Assembly (NCBI GenBank): GCA_017515795.1
Contig: JAFWEE010000013.1
Location: forward strand, 2,010-66,009
Origin: Bacilli bacterium
GTDB lineage: Bacteria > Bacillota_I > Bacilli_A > RF39 > UBA660
Direction of reading: 5' to 3'
DNA length: 64,000 nt
Position 1 is the stretch's first letter. Each line of letters opens with the position of its first letter. Positions 17,563 through 26,334 of this stretch are shown in pieces. The notes under the pieces are model-generated. The model was not told the DNA's origin. It did no database searches and was given only the letters and a program-made list of their open reading frames with translations. Position numbers and translations under genes: made by a program.

Positions 17563-17990
17563 AAAAAAAGAGCAAGAGTACAGGTAAATTCCCGCAGTCC
17601 TGCTCAATATTCTTGGTGCACGAAAAGACAGTACAGCAAGTATTTATAATTAGAGCTGTGGGAAATCGGTATGATCGCCCATCAAATGGTGCTCTAATTA
17701 TATAATTAATAGTTGGAGCCTCCAACCACTATCATAGCAACTGGATTAACGCTCCAACTACCGCATTTCTTACTATCCAGTTATATTTAATTAACTATAT
17801 TTCTAATTTGAATCTCCTATAGTAAATCGTAATAAATCTAACATATAAGTATTTTATAATTGTATCTTGTAACAAGCACATAACATGTAATTTGCAAGAG
17901 TATTAAAAAATCTATATTGGATAGTAAAAAACACTTGGGCTAAAAACTTTATATTTTATTTAATCTACAAAATAACTTAGTAGAACCCCA
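17563..17990 (-). ncRNA. Candidate ~430-nt structured RNA downstream of the DIP1984-like gene
   Basis: Helices 17645-56/17691-702 (12 bp), 17710-19/17751-60 (10 bp) crossing 17739-46/17775-82 (8 bp), long-range 17770-79/17918-27 (10 bp); GC-rich hairpin plus U7 at 17563-17605; no credible ORF. Confidence 0.65.
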
Positions 17991-17994
17991 ACTG

Positions 17995-18495
17995 CTAAAT
18001 CTCAAATTCAACAGAATTCAACTTAGATATTTCAAAGTCTGTTTTCTGTATTTCATTATCGATTTCTTCTAGTCTTTCTCTTAGTTGTTTAGAGTCGAAG
18101 TTTACTTTCTTACACTCAAAATAAGAATTATTAACTTCAGTTACTCTCTTTTTCGAATCCTTTAACATTAATAGTTGCTCATAAGTTGATTTAAGCTTTC
18201 TTAAATTAGTATTGTCTACTATTGCTTGTTGTATACTTCTTCCGTCGCTTAGTTTAAACTCGTTGTTTCTATCATATAGAATTCCCTTTAATTTAGATAA
18301 TTCAGTAGCACTTCTTTCTATTTCTTTTAGATCTAGATCAAATTCTTCTTTATTATCTTCAATTACGTTAACTCTTCCATCTAGTTCTTCAACTGATGTG
18401 TTGATAGCATACCCTTTAATAGAATAACATCTACTATTTAAGTATCTTTCATATTCTGATATTAAACTCATTAATGCTGAAATATTAGTTTTCAT
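17995..18495 (-). CDS. Coiled-coil protein, DIP1984/DUF6847-like
   Basis: 166 aa from ATG 18495 (AAAGGAG RBS); helical hairpin pattern, SIQQAI, C-terminal LEEIDNEIQKTDFEISKLNSVEFEI; family call from memory. Confidence 0.5.
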   Translation of the reverse strand: MKTNISALMSLISEYERYLNSRCYSIKGYAINTSVEELDGRVNVIEDNKEEFDLDLKEIERSATELSKLKGILYDRNNEFKLSDGRSIQQAIVDNTNLRKLKSTYEQLLMLKDSKKRVTEVNNSYFECKKVNFDSKQLRERLEEIDNEIQKTDFEISKLNSVEFEI

Positions 18496-18548
18496 TATAA
18501 TCACTCCTTTTGATGTAATTAATATTACTACACTAAAAGACGTAAGTG

Positions 18549-18565
18549 GTCGCGAAAAAAGCGAC
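18549..18565. promoter_or_regulatory. GTCGC-N7-GCGAC palindrome, putative operator
   Basis: GC-rich inverted repeat in an AT-rich 83-bp gap between the HTH gene stop and the next start. Confidence 0.6.
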
Positions 18566-18578
18566 AAAAAAAATACTG

Positions 18579-18947
18579 TTATAAAACAGTACCTGTGTAA
18601 GTATAGAGATAATCGTTTATGATATTTAAATCATAAATCTTCTTATCTAGACAAAACGCAATAACCAAATCAAATCTAGTATTACTTAATGAATATCCAG
18701 CACTATTTAACAATCTGTTAAAGTCATTTCTGTTTAAACATAAAGCAAGTCCTAGTTTGATAACTACATTCCTTCTAGGAATATAGTTGCTACTACATCT
18801 TATCTTAGAAAATAATTTTCTATCTATATCTACCTTTTTGTAAATCTCAGAATCCTTAACGCCCTTTTCATCTATGAAAGAGAAAAGAATTTCGTTAAAG
18901 CACATTGATCTACTGTGACTTAAATAGTCCTTGCAAACCTCTTTCAT
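18579..18947 (-). CDS. XRE-like HTH protein (family also seen fused C-terminally to macro domains)
   Basis: FIDEKGVKDSEIYKKVDIDRKLFSKIR...KLGLALCL...LLNSAGYSLS..FDLVIAFCL. Confidence 0.75.
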   Translation of the reverse strand: MKEVCKDYLSHSRSMCFNEILFSFIDEKGVKDSEIYKKVDIDRKLFSKIRCSSNYIPRRNVVIKLGLALCLNRNDFNRLLNSAGYSLSNTRFDLVIAFCLDKKIYDLNIINDYLYTYTGTVL

Positions 18948-19095
18948 ATGAACCTCCTATAATTTTAAAATTCTTAAATACACCGAATAAGTGTAATTTC
19001 TACCCAAATCATAAGGTTCAATCACTTATAATTACATTAGGACTTTCATATAAAAAATATTTAAATCACAGAGTTGATTTCTCAACTCGTTATAA

Positions 19096-19124
19096 AATAT
19101 ACCATATAATTGTTAATATGTCAA
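19096..19124 (-). promoter_or_regulatory. Sigma-A promoter of the HTH gene
   Basis: TTGACA-17 bp-TATATT with extended -10 TG on the minus strand. Confidence 0.75.
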
Positions 19125-19162
19125 AAAAATAAATATAATATCATATCTCTCCTTATATATTA

Positions 19163-19209
19163 TTTTATATTTTAGAAATATTTTTTAAGATAATTTCTAA
19201 AATATAAAA
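19163..19209. repeat. 17-bp inverted repeat; arms shared with 23620..23668
   Basis: TTTTATATTTTAGAAAT / ATTTCTAAAATATAAAA. Confidence 0.8.
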
Positions 19210-19233
19210 ATAAAACCAAGAATAATCCTGGTT

Positions 19234-21225
19234 TTATAGTTTACTAAACTGTGAATTATATAGGTTAGCATAAAATCCATTTTGTTTCATAAGCTCTTCA
19301 TGATTACCTATTTCTATTATATTACCTTCATTCATAACAAGTATTAAATTAGCATTCTTAATAGTAGATAATCTATGAGCTATTATAAATGAAGTTCTAT
19401 TTCGAGTTAATTTATCCATAGCTTTTTGTACTAGTTCTTCTGTTCTTGTATCTACATTAGATGTAGCTTCATCTAATATTAAGAATGGAGCATCTTCTAT
19501 CATACCTCTTGCTATAGTAAATAATTGTTTTTGTCCAGATGATATAGATTCATTATCTGTAATCATTTCATCTAATCCATTAGGTAATGTTTTAATGAAG
19601 TGGTCTACTCCTACTATTTTACAAGCTTCCATTATTTCTTCATCTTTAATATTTGGTTTATTATATTTAAGATTATCTTTTATAGTACCTTCAAATAACC
19701 AAGTATCTTGTAATACCATACAGAATAACTCATGTATATTCTCTCTAGATAAATCTTTTATAGATATACCATCTATTAATATATCTCCATCATTTATTTC
19801 ATAAAACTTCATAAGAAGATTAACTATTGTAGTTTTACCTGCTCCTGTAGGACCTACTATAGCTATTTTCTCACCAGGATTAACTTTAATACTAAAATCT
19901 TTAATAATAGTTTTACCTTCTGTATATCCAAATTTAACGTGATCAAATATTATTTCTCCTTTTGCCGAAGCTTTATCTAGATGTTTAGTTATATCCTCTT
20001 GATGGTTCATTTCTTTTTCATTTAAGAATTCTAATACTCTTTCAGAAGCTGCTGCTGTAGATTGAAGTGATGTCATAGATTGAGCTATTTGATTTAATGG
20101 ATTAGTAAATAATCTAATATATATCATAAAGGCTACTATAACTCCAAAAGTAATAGTATTCTTAGATACTAATAAAGCTCCAACTACACATACTGATACA
20201 TATCCAAAATTAGATATAAATCCCATAAATGGACCCATCATACCAGATAAAAATTGACTCATCATATTACTCTTATATAGACCTGTATTTAACTTATTAA
20301 ACTCTTTCTTAGTCTCTTTAGTACCATTATAAGTCTTAACTACTACATGAGAAGAATAAGTCTCTTCTATATATCCATTTAGGTCTCCTAATAACTTTTG
20401 TCTCTTATTAAAATACTTTTGAGATTTAGATAACATTATAAACATAAATATAAACCCAAATATACTAGATCCTATAGCAGTTAATGCCATTATATAATTT
20501 GTATAAAACATCATAACTATAGACCCTAAAAATAGTGTTAAATTAGATACTAATGTTATCAAAGAATTATTAAGATTAAATGATATAGCATCTACATCAT
20601 TAGTAACTCTAGAAAGGATGTCTCCTGTTTCATGATTATCAAAATAATTTAATGGTAAATTATTTATTTTAGTAGATATATTAGTTCTAAGTTTCTTAGC
20701 AAACTTATTAGATACTGATGCCATAGAAACCCCTTGTATATAATTAAATAAGGCTCCTAAAATATATAGAATTAATAAGATTATAGATATATGTTTAATA
20801 TTATCTACATTCATTTTAGGTTTAACAAGAGAATAAATACTCTTAGGTAACTTATCAAATTGTTTTAAAGCATTATCTTCATTAGTATTAGACATAATAG
20901 TTATAAACTCTTGTTGATCTTTAACTGTTATTGTAGTGTTATCTATAACTATAGGTCCTCTTAAATAATTATTTTGTACTTTAGTAGAAATTTCCTCTAA
21001 TTTTTCAGTATTAGGTTTAATACCATTAGTTATTTCATCTGTTAAATCAGATAATCTATTTGGAGCAATAATACTGAATATAGAACTTATAATAGCTAGT
21101 ATTAATGCTATAAATAGAACTACTCTCCAAGTTTTTAATTCTTTTAATAGTTTAAATATTGAACCAAAGAAATTCTTTGGTTTTTCTGTAGTATTCATTC
21201 TAGGCATTTTGAAGTTCCTCCTCAC
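19234..21225 (-). CDS. Multidrug-type ABC exporter, TMD-NBD subunit 2
   Basis: GPTGAGKTT, ISSGQKQ, LILDEATS, IAHRL; six TM helices. Confidence 0.92.
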   Translation of the reverse strand: MRRNFKMPRMNTTEKPKNFFGSIFKLLKELKTWRVVLFIALILAIISSIFSIIAPNRLSDLTDEITNGIKPNTEKLEEISTKVQNNYLRGPIVIDNTTITVKDQQEFITIMSNTNEDNALKQFDKLPKSIYSLVKPKMNVDNIKHISIILLILYILGALFNYIQGVSMASVSNKFAKKLRTNISTKINNLPLNYFDNHETGDILSRVTNDVDAISFNLNNSLITLVSNLTLFLGSIVMMFYTNYIMALTAIGSSIFGFIFMFIMLSKSQKYFNKRQKLLGDLNGYIEETYSSHVVVKTYNGTKETKKEFNKLNTGLYKSNMMSQFLSGMMGPFMGFISNFGYVSVCVVGALLVSKNTITFGVIVAFMIYIRLFTNPLNQIAQSMTSLQSTAAASERVLEFLNEKEMNHQEDITKHLDKASAKGEIIFDHVKFGYTEGKTIIKDFSIKVNPGEKIAIVGPTGAGKTTIVNLLMKFYEINDGDILIDGISIKDLSRENIHELFCMVLQDTWLFEGTIKDNLKYNKPNIKDEEIMEACKIVGVDHFIKTLPNGLDEMITDNESISSGQKQLFTIARGMIEDAPFLILDEATSNVDTRTEELVQKAMDKLTRNRTSFIIAHRLSTIKNANLILVMNEGNIIEIGNHEELMKQNGFYANLYNSQFSKL

Positions 21226-22972
21226 TTAATTGTGATAAGGCAATCTCTTTATATACTTCACAAGACTTTAATAATTCTTTGTGAGTACCCATACCTACAC
21301 ATTTTCCATTATCTAGTACTAATATCTTATCAGCATTCATAATAGTACCTATTCTTTGCGCTACTATTAAACTAGTAGCATCTTTAGTATATTTCTTTAA
21401 TTCTTTTCTTAAAGCTAAATCTGTTTTATAGTCTAATGCTGAGAAAGTATCATCAAATATATATATTTCTGGTTTTCTAGCAATAGCTCTTGCTATAGAT
21501 AATCTTTGTTTTTGTCCACCAGAAAGATTAGTACCTCCTCTTGCTACATGGGCTTTTAATTCTCCATCTAACTTAGAAACAAATTCTTCTGCTTGTGCTA
21601 TTTTAATAGCTTCTTTTATATCTTCTTCTTTTACTTTATGATCAGTTTCACCATAAGAAACATTATCTTTAACTGATCCAGTAAATATAACTGCTTTTTG
21701 AGTTATATAACCTAGTTTATTATTTAAGGTTTCAAAAGTATAATCTTTAACATTTATGTTGTCTACTAATACTTCTCCTTCTGTAGCATCATATAATCTA
21801 GGAATAAGGTTAATTAATGTTGATTTACCTGAACCAGTAGATCCTATAAATGCTATAGTTTCACCTTTATTAGCTTTAAATGATATGTTTTCTATTATAT
21901 ATTCATCAGCATCTGGATATCTAAATGAAACATTTTTAAATTCTACAGTACCTGTTTCTTCTGTAGGTTTATTAAATGTTCCTTCTTTAATACTATTTTC
22001 TTCATCTAATACTTCATTAATACGGTTAGCAGATATAGATGCTCTTGGTCCTATCATAAATACAAATGCTAACATTAAGAATGACATAATAACTTGCATT
22101 CCATATGATGAGAATACAACCATGTTTGAGAAGATTTCTACTTTATCTACCATTAATGAGTTAGATATTAGGTAGGCTCCTATTAGATATATACCAAATG
22201 TTAAGAAATGCATTACTATGTTCATAACTGGCCCTAAGACTGCAAATGCTTTTAAGTTAAATGTTTGAGTTTTAGTTAGGTTATTATTAACATCTTCAAA
22301 TCTATCTGATTGGAATTTTTCAGCATTAAATGCTCTAATAACTCTAACACCAGTAATATTTTCTCTAGTAACAGCATTTAGTTTATCTATTAGTTTTTGC
22401 ATTAATTTGAATTTTGGAACTACTACTATAAAGATAGTTATTACAACTGCTAGTAATAGTACTACGCATCCTGCAAGTAACATACTCCATTCTATGCTTT
22501 TACCTATTATTTTAGTTATAGCCATTACACACATAATTGGAGATCTAAGCATCATATGAAGTCCCATAGCTATAAATGTTTCTATTTGAGTTATGTCATT
22601 AGTAGTTCTAGTAATTAATGATGCTGTTTGGAATTTTTTCATTTCTTTTAATCCAAAGGATTCTACTTTATTGAAGATCTTTTCTCTTATGTTTTGGCTA
22701 AATGATGATGATAATCTAGCAGCAAAGTATATAGATATTCCTGCACATATAAAACTACTGAATGCAAATAAAAGCATCCAAGCACCTTGTACTAATATGT
22801 CATGAGACATATTATCTGAACTAGATTGTATTAGTCTAGTAATCTCTGACATATAATCAGGTATTTTTAATTCTAATGTAACATTTATATAAGTTAATAC
22901 TAAACAGAATAAAACTATTAACCATTCTTTAAATGAAAATTGTTTTAAGATTTTAATCATATTGTACTCCAT
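21200..22972 (-). CDS. Multidrug-type ABC exporter, TMD-NBD subunit 1 (degenerate site)
   Basis: GSTGSGKST, LSGGQKQR, IFDDTFS, VAQR: typical heterodimeric exporter partner. Confidence 0.92.
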   Translation of the reverse strand: MEYNMIKILKQFSFKEWLIVLFCLVLTYINVTLELKIPDYMSEITRLIQSSSDNMSHDILVQGAWMLLFAFSSFICAGISIYFAARLSSSFSQNIREKIFNKVESFGLKEMKKFQTASLITRTTNDITQIETFIAMGLHMMLRSPIMCVMAITKIIGKSIEWSMLLAGCVVLLLAVVITIFIVVVPKFKLMQKLIDKLNAVTRENITGVRVIRAFNAEKFQSDRFEDVNNNLTKTQTFNLKAFAVLGPVMNIVMHFLTFGIYLIGAYLISNSLMVDKVEIFSNMVVFSSYGMQVIMSFLMLAFVFMIGPRASISANRINEVLDEENSIKEGTFNKPTEETGTVEFKNVSFRYPDADEYIIENISFKANKGETIAFIGSTGSGKSTLINLIPRLYDATEGEVLVDNINVKDYTFETLNNKLGYITQKAVIFTGSVKDNVSYGETDHKVKEEDIKEAIKIAQAEEFVSKLDGELKAHVARGGTNLSGGQKQRLSIARAIARKPEIYIFDDTFSALDYKTDLALRKELKKYTKDATSLIVAQRIGTIMNADKILVLDNGKCVGMGTHKELLKSCEVYKEIALSQLSEEELQNA

Positions 22973-23011
22973 TCATTTTTTACACAAGTATAATTATAAC
23001 ATAATTTAAAA

Positions 23012-23036
23012 ATAAAAAAACCATGATTTAATCATG
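23012..23036. repeat. 25-bp direct repeat (terminator copy 1)
   Basis: ATAAAAAAACCATGATTTAATCATG, identical to 23660..23684. Confidence 0.85.
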
Positions 23037-23045
23037 ATTTAATTA

Positions 23046-23585
23046 TTAAAAACTTCCTGGTCCCCCACATCTATATTCACCAGCTCTTCTAGCGCCTTCT
23101 ATTCTTCTAGCTTCATTTTGTTCTAATCTACGAACTAACGCTTCATGACATTGTCTATCATATACAGGATCAATTTTAACTTTATGTACTTTTATTATTC
23201 CGTGTCTTATATCATAATCAAGTTTGATTTCTGGACTATATACAACTAATCCGTTCTTAATAGCCTTTCCTTTTGAACAATATTGTTCATCATATAAATC
23301 TTTAAATGAAGATGATAGTTCCTTAGCAGCGTTTATTTGATTACTTTTTTTAACAAGGTTATCCATATCTCCACTTTCACTTGCAGAACTTAATTCTTCA
23401 GCACTAATTGTAGTAGAACATAGTTTTCTTAAATAATCTCCTAATAAAAATGATTTATCTTCTATTAAAGTCTTTAATTCTTCATCATCGGGAAAATTTG
23501 CAAGTGCTTTATCAATAAATTCCTGTGGAAATTCCATTTTATCCTTGCATAATTCTCTTCTCATTTCATCAACCCAATTTGCCAT
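23046..23585 (-). CDS. Hypothetical protein
   Basis: ORF with GGAGGT RBS before ATG 23585; no recognisable motif. Confidence 0.65.
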   Translation of the reverse strand: MANWVDEMRRELCKDKMEFPQEFIDKALANFPDDEELKTLIEDKSFLLGDYLRKLCSTTISAEELSSASESGDMDNLVKKSNQINAAKELSSSFKDLYDEQYCSKGKAIKNGLVVYSPEIKLDYDIRHGIIKVHKVKIDPVYDRQCHEALVRRLEQNEARRIEGARRAGEYRCGGPGSF

Positions 23586-23619
23586 AACCAATACCTCCAA
23601 CTAAAAATATTATACCATA

Positions 23620-23668
23620 TTTTTTTATATTTTAGAATTGTCTTAAAATGTTCTAAAATATAAAAAAA
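23620..23668. repeat. 18-bp inverted repeat; arms shared with 19163..19209
   Basis: TTTTTTTATATTTTAGAA-13 bp-TTCTAAAATATAAAAAAA. Confidence 0.8.
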
Positions 23669-23689
23669 CCATGATTTAATCATGGTTTT
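23660..23689 (-). terminator. spoVG terminator (direct repeat copy 2)
   Basis: AAAACCATGA-loop-TCATGGTTTT hairpin plus T-run on the minus strand. Confidence 0.8.
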
Positions 23690-23711
23690 ATAAACTAAAT
23701 TAGTCTCTCAT

Positions 23712-23984
23712 TTATTCTTCTGTACCTTCTTCTGCTTTGTCGTATTCTTCTAAGATAGCTTTTTCAATCATTTCTCTTCCTTCTTGAGAAATTGGATGAA
23801 CGATATCTCTATATCCGCCAGTAGCGGTCTTTCTACTAGGCATAGCAACAAATAATCCGTTGTCTCCCGAAATAATTCTAATGTCATGAATAGCAATTAA
23901 ATCATCAAGTAATACAGATGCTATTCCTTTCATTCTTGACCCTTCTTTTTCAATCTTCTTAACATTAACTGATGTAACCTTCAT
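23712..23984 (-). CDS. spoVG: Septation regulator SpoVG
   Basis: MKVTSV...ASVLLDD..AIHDIRII.G.NGLFVAMPSRK...YRDIVHPI. Confidence 0.95.
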   Translation of the reverse strand: MKVTSVNVKKIEKEGSRMKGIASVLLDDLIAIHDIRIISGDNGLFVAMPSRKTATGGYRDIVHPISQEGREMIEKAILEEYDKAEEGTEE

Positions 23985-24028
23985 TTTACCCTCCTCTAGT
24001 TTATGCTACCTTAATTATAATATATTTT

Positions 24029-24631
24029 TTATTCTTTTTCAATATATTTAGCTTCCTTTACATTATCCTCTTTCTTTGATTTCTTATTGAAAACATAGAT
24101 GATAATGCACTCTGCTAAATCAAGTAGTGAGTATACTACTAAGAATATACCTATAATCACTGTAAGAGCTACTGCTCCAGAGAATGGATTAAGTACTAGT
24201 AATAATCCACAAGCTAATATAAATAAAGCTACAATAATACTTGCAATAGACTTTATTGTTTTGTTTATTAATATTGAATAATATAGTTTAATAACTCCAT
24301 TTATAATCATCCAAATACCAATTAATAAAGGTACTATAGATCCTACTATTTTTGGATTAATAATAATTACTATACCAACAATAATACATACTATTCCAAA
24401 TAGGAAACTAATATCTAAGTATTTTTGATTCTCTTTTGAAATAAAGAAGTTAATTGTAGGTATTAAACCTGTTACTAAAAGTATAATTCCTGCCCCATAA
24501 GATAGGAACGATAATGTTGTTTCAGGATACATTATTAAAAATATACCTACTAGTATTAAAGCTAGCGAAACAATTATTGATGTTCTAAACATACTTTTTA
24601 ATTTTGAATCAATGTATTCCATGTTATTCAC
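24029..24631 (-). CDS. HdeD/DUF308 family membrane protein
   Basis: Repeated G-x-rich TM pairs with NP motifs (IIINPKI, VLNPFSG). Confidence 0.7.
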   Translation of the reverse strand: MNNMEYIDSKLKSMFRTSIIVSLALILVGIFLIMYPETTLSFLSYGAGIILLVTGLIPTINFFISKENQKYLDISFLFGIVCIIVGIVIIINPKIVGSIVPLLIGIWMIINGVIKLYYSILINKTIKSIASIIVALFILACGLLLVLNPFSGAVALTVIIGIFLVVYSLLDLAECIIIYVFNKKSKKEDNVKEAKYIEKE

Positions 24632-24642
24632 CTCTAATATAA

Positions 24643-25230
24643 TTATAGCATATTTTTATTTATAAATTCATCTACTTGTTTTTCTATTTCTTCATAACTA
24701 GTATCTGTATTAATAACATAATAATTATTATCTATCGTATTTGTGTTTTTCTTTAATTTATCTAAATATATATAATAATCTTCCCTTGTTGCTCTTGATT
24801 TGTTATCACTTTTACCAAAGGATAATGCTCTATTATCAAGACGTTTAAGTATTGTTTCTTCACTACATTCTAATTTAATAACTATCATTTTAGCATTATA
24901 ACTATTATATATTCTTTTATATTCATCATAATAAAATTCAGAATCCCCATCGATAATATGACATATTTTATTTTCTAATAGATAATGTAATCTATCAATA
25001 ACTAATTTTACGACTAATTCTTTTGTTTCTGGAACATCATTATTTTCATTAAATAATCTACGTACTGCATCATTAGATGCTATAAATAGATTTAATTTAC
25101 TAGATAACATCTTAGTAATAGTAGATTTACCAAATCCTGGGCCTGCTATAAATAGTATTCCATATACATTTTCACTTTTATTTAATGGTATTTCATTAAT
25201 TAGTTGATTATAAATCTCGTTATATTCCAT
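24643..25230 (-). CDS. P-loop kinase (AAA_33-like)
   Basis: GPGFGKST Walker A, IIDGD, LECSEETILKRLDNR lid. Confidence 0.7.
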   Translation of the reverse strand: MEYNEIYNQLINEIPLNKSENVYGILFIAGPGFGKSTITKMLSSKLNLFIASNDAVRRLFNENNDVPETKELVVKLVIDRLHYLLENKICHIIDGDSEFYYDEYKRIYNSYNAKMIVIKLECSEETILKRLDNRALSFGKSDNKSRATREDYYIYLDKLKKNTNTIDNNYYVINTDTSYEEIEKQVDEFINKNML

Positions 25231-25270
25231 ATTACTACCTCTTATTGAAATTATAGCATAAAAAAAGATA

Positions 25271-26167
25271 TTATTTCTTAATATCTTTTTTACTTACTGG
25301 ATTAACATGTACCATTACATGTTTAACTTTATCATATTTCTTTTCTAACTTATCATGAATAGTCTCTGCTATATCATGTGCTTCTCTTAAAGTAAGATTT
25401 TCATCTAAACATATTTCAAGATCTATATATACTTTACTACCAAATAATCTAGTCCTAAGTAAATCAATTTCTTTAACATCTTTATTTTTCTTAACATAGT
25501 CATATATTTCTTTTTCAAACTCTTCATCACAAGAATGGTCTACTACTTTATTAGTAGCATCCATAAATATATCTATTGAAGCTTTAACTATAAATATAAA
25601 GATAACTATACTTGCTACTGAGTCCATTATTGGATAACCTATTCTTGCAAAGAATATACCTATTAGAGCTCCTACTGAAGATAAAGCATCTGATCTATGA
25701 TGCCAAGCATCTGCCATTAAAGCGCTTGAATCTATTTTTTTAGCATTATATCTAGTATACCAATACATAGATTCTTTAACTACTATGGAAACTAAGGCTG
25801 CTATTAGTGCAAAAACACCTGGAATAGTTATACTGCCAGTATTACCATCTAATATATTTTTAAGTGCACTATAAAATATACCTGAACCAGTTAAAAATAG
25901 TATTACTGAAAGTATCATAGCAGCTACACATTCTAATCTTTCATGTCCATATGGGTGTTCTTTATCTGGTTCTTTAGAAGATAATTTAATACCTATTATA
26001 ACTACAAAAGAACTAAATACATCTGAAGCGGAATGAATAGCATCACTTATCATTGCACTTGAATGTGAAAAGATACCTGCTAATAATTTGAATACTGCTA
26101 ATAATATATTTCCTATAATCGAAATAATAGATACCTTGTTAGCAACCCTTTTAAATTCATTTTTCAT
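25271..26167 (-). CDS. Cation diffusion facilitator transporter
   Basis: SDAIHSASD, HPYGHERLE, ADAWHHRSD, HVMVHVNP; start moved to ATG 26167. Confidence 0.93.
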   Translation of the reverse strand: MKNEFKRVANKVSIISIIGNILLAVFKLLAGIFSHSSAMISDAIHSASDVFSSFVVIIGIKLSSKEPDKEHPYGHERLECVAAMILSVILFLTGSGIFYSALKNILDGNTGSITIPGVFALIAALVSIVVKESMYWYTRYNAKKIDSSALMADAWHHRSDALSSVGALIGIFFARIGYPIMDSVASIVIFIFIVKASIDIFMDATNKVVDHSCDEEFEKEIYDYVKKNKDVKEIDLLRTRLFGSKVYIDLEICLDENLTLREAHDIAETIHDKLEKKYDKVKHVMVHVNPVSKKDIKK

Positions 26168-26184
26168 ATTTTCCTCCTTAAAGG

Positions 26185-26285
26185 ACAAAAAAACATCCTA
26201 GTTCAATGTAATTACACTGTCCCATGGATGTTTATCCACTGTTATATATTATAACCCGACTCCTAATGGTCTGATCAGTTTTACT
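26185..26285 (-). promoter_or_regulatory. NiCo (czcD) riboswitch with terminator
   Basis: Minus strand AAACTGATCAGACC..GTCGGGTT..AACAGTGG..CCATGGGACAGT matches the NiCo aptamer pattern; ACATCC/GGATGT-U7 terminator; upstream of a CDF gene. Confidence 0.8.
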
Positions 26286-26334
26286 TAATTAAATGTAAGT
26301 AAATTATAATATATGAAGTTATATTAGTCAATTA

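Noticed and set aside
17540-17725. 61-aa ORF MEAPTINYIIRAPFDG...
   Set aside because: TTG start without a convincing RBS; it runs through the RNA helices and terminator, and the local GC-richness explains the lack of stops
17563-17990. Retron msr-msd, group I/II intron or DGR template
   Set aside because: No reverse transcriptase or homing nuclease adjacent, no interrupted gene, no recognisable intron catalytic motifs, no template/variable repeat pair
18905-19132. 75-aa plus-strand ORF
   Set aside because: Antisense to the HTH gene start, its promoter and leader; no RBS
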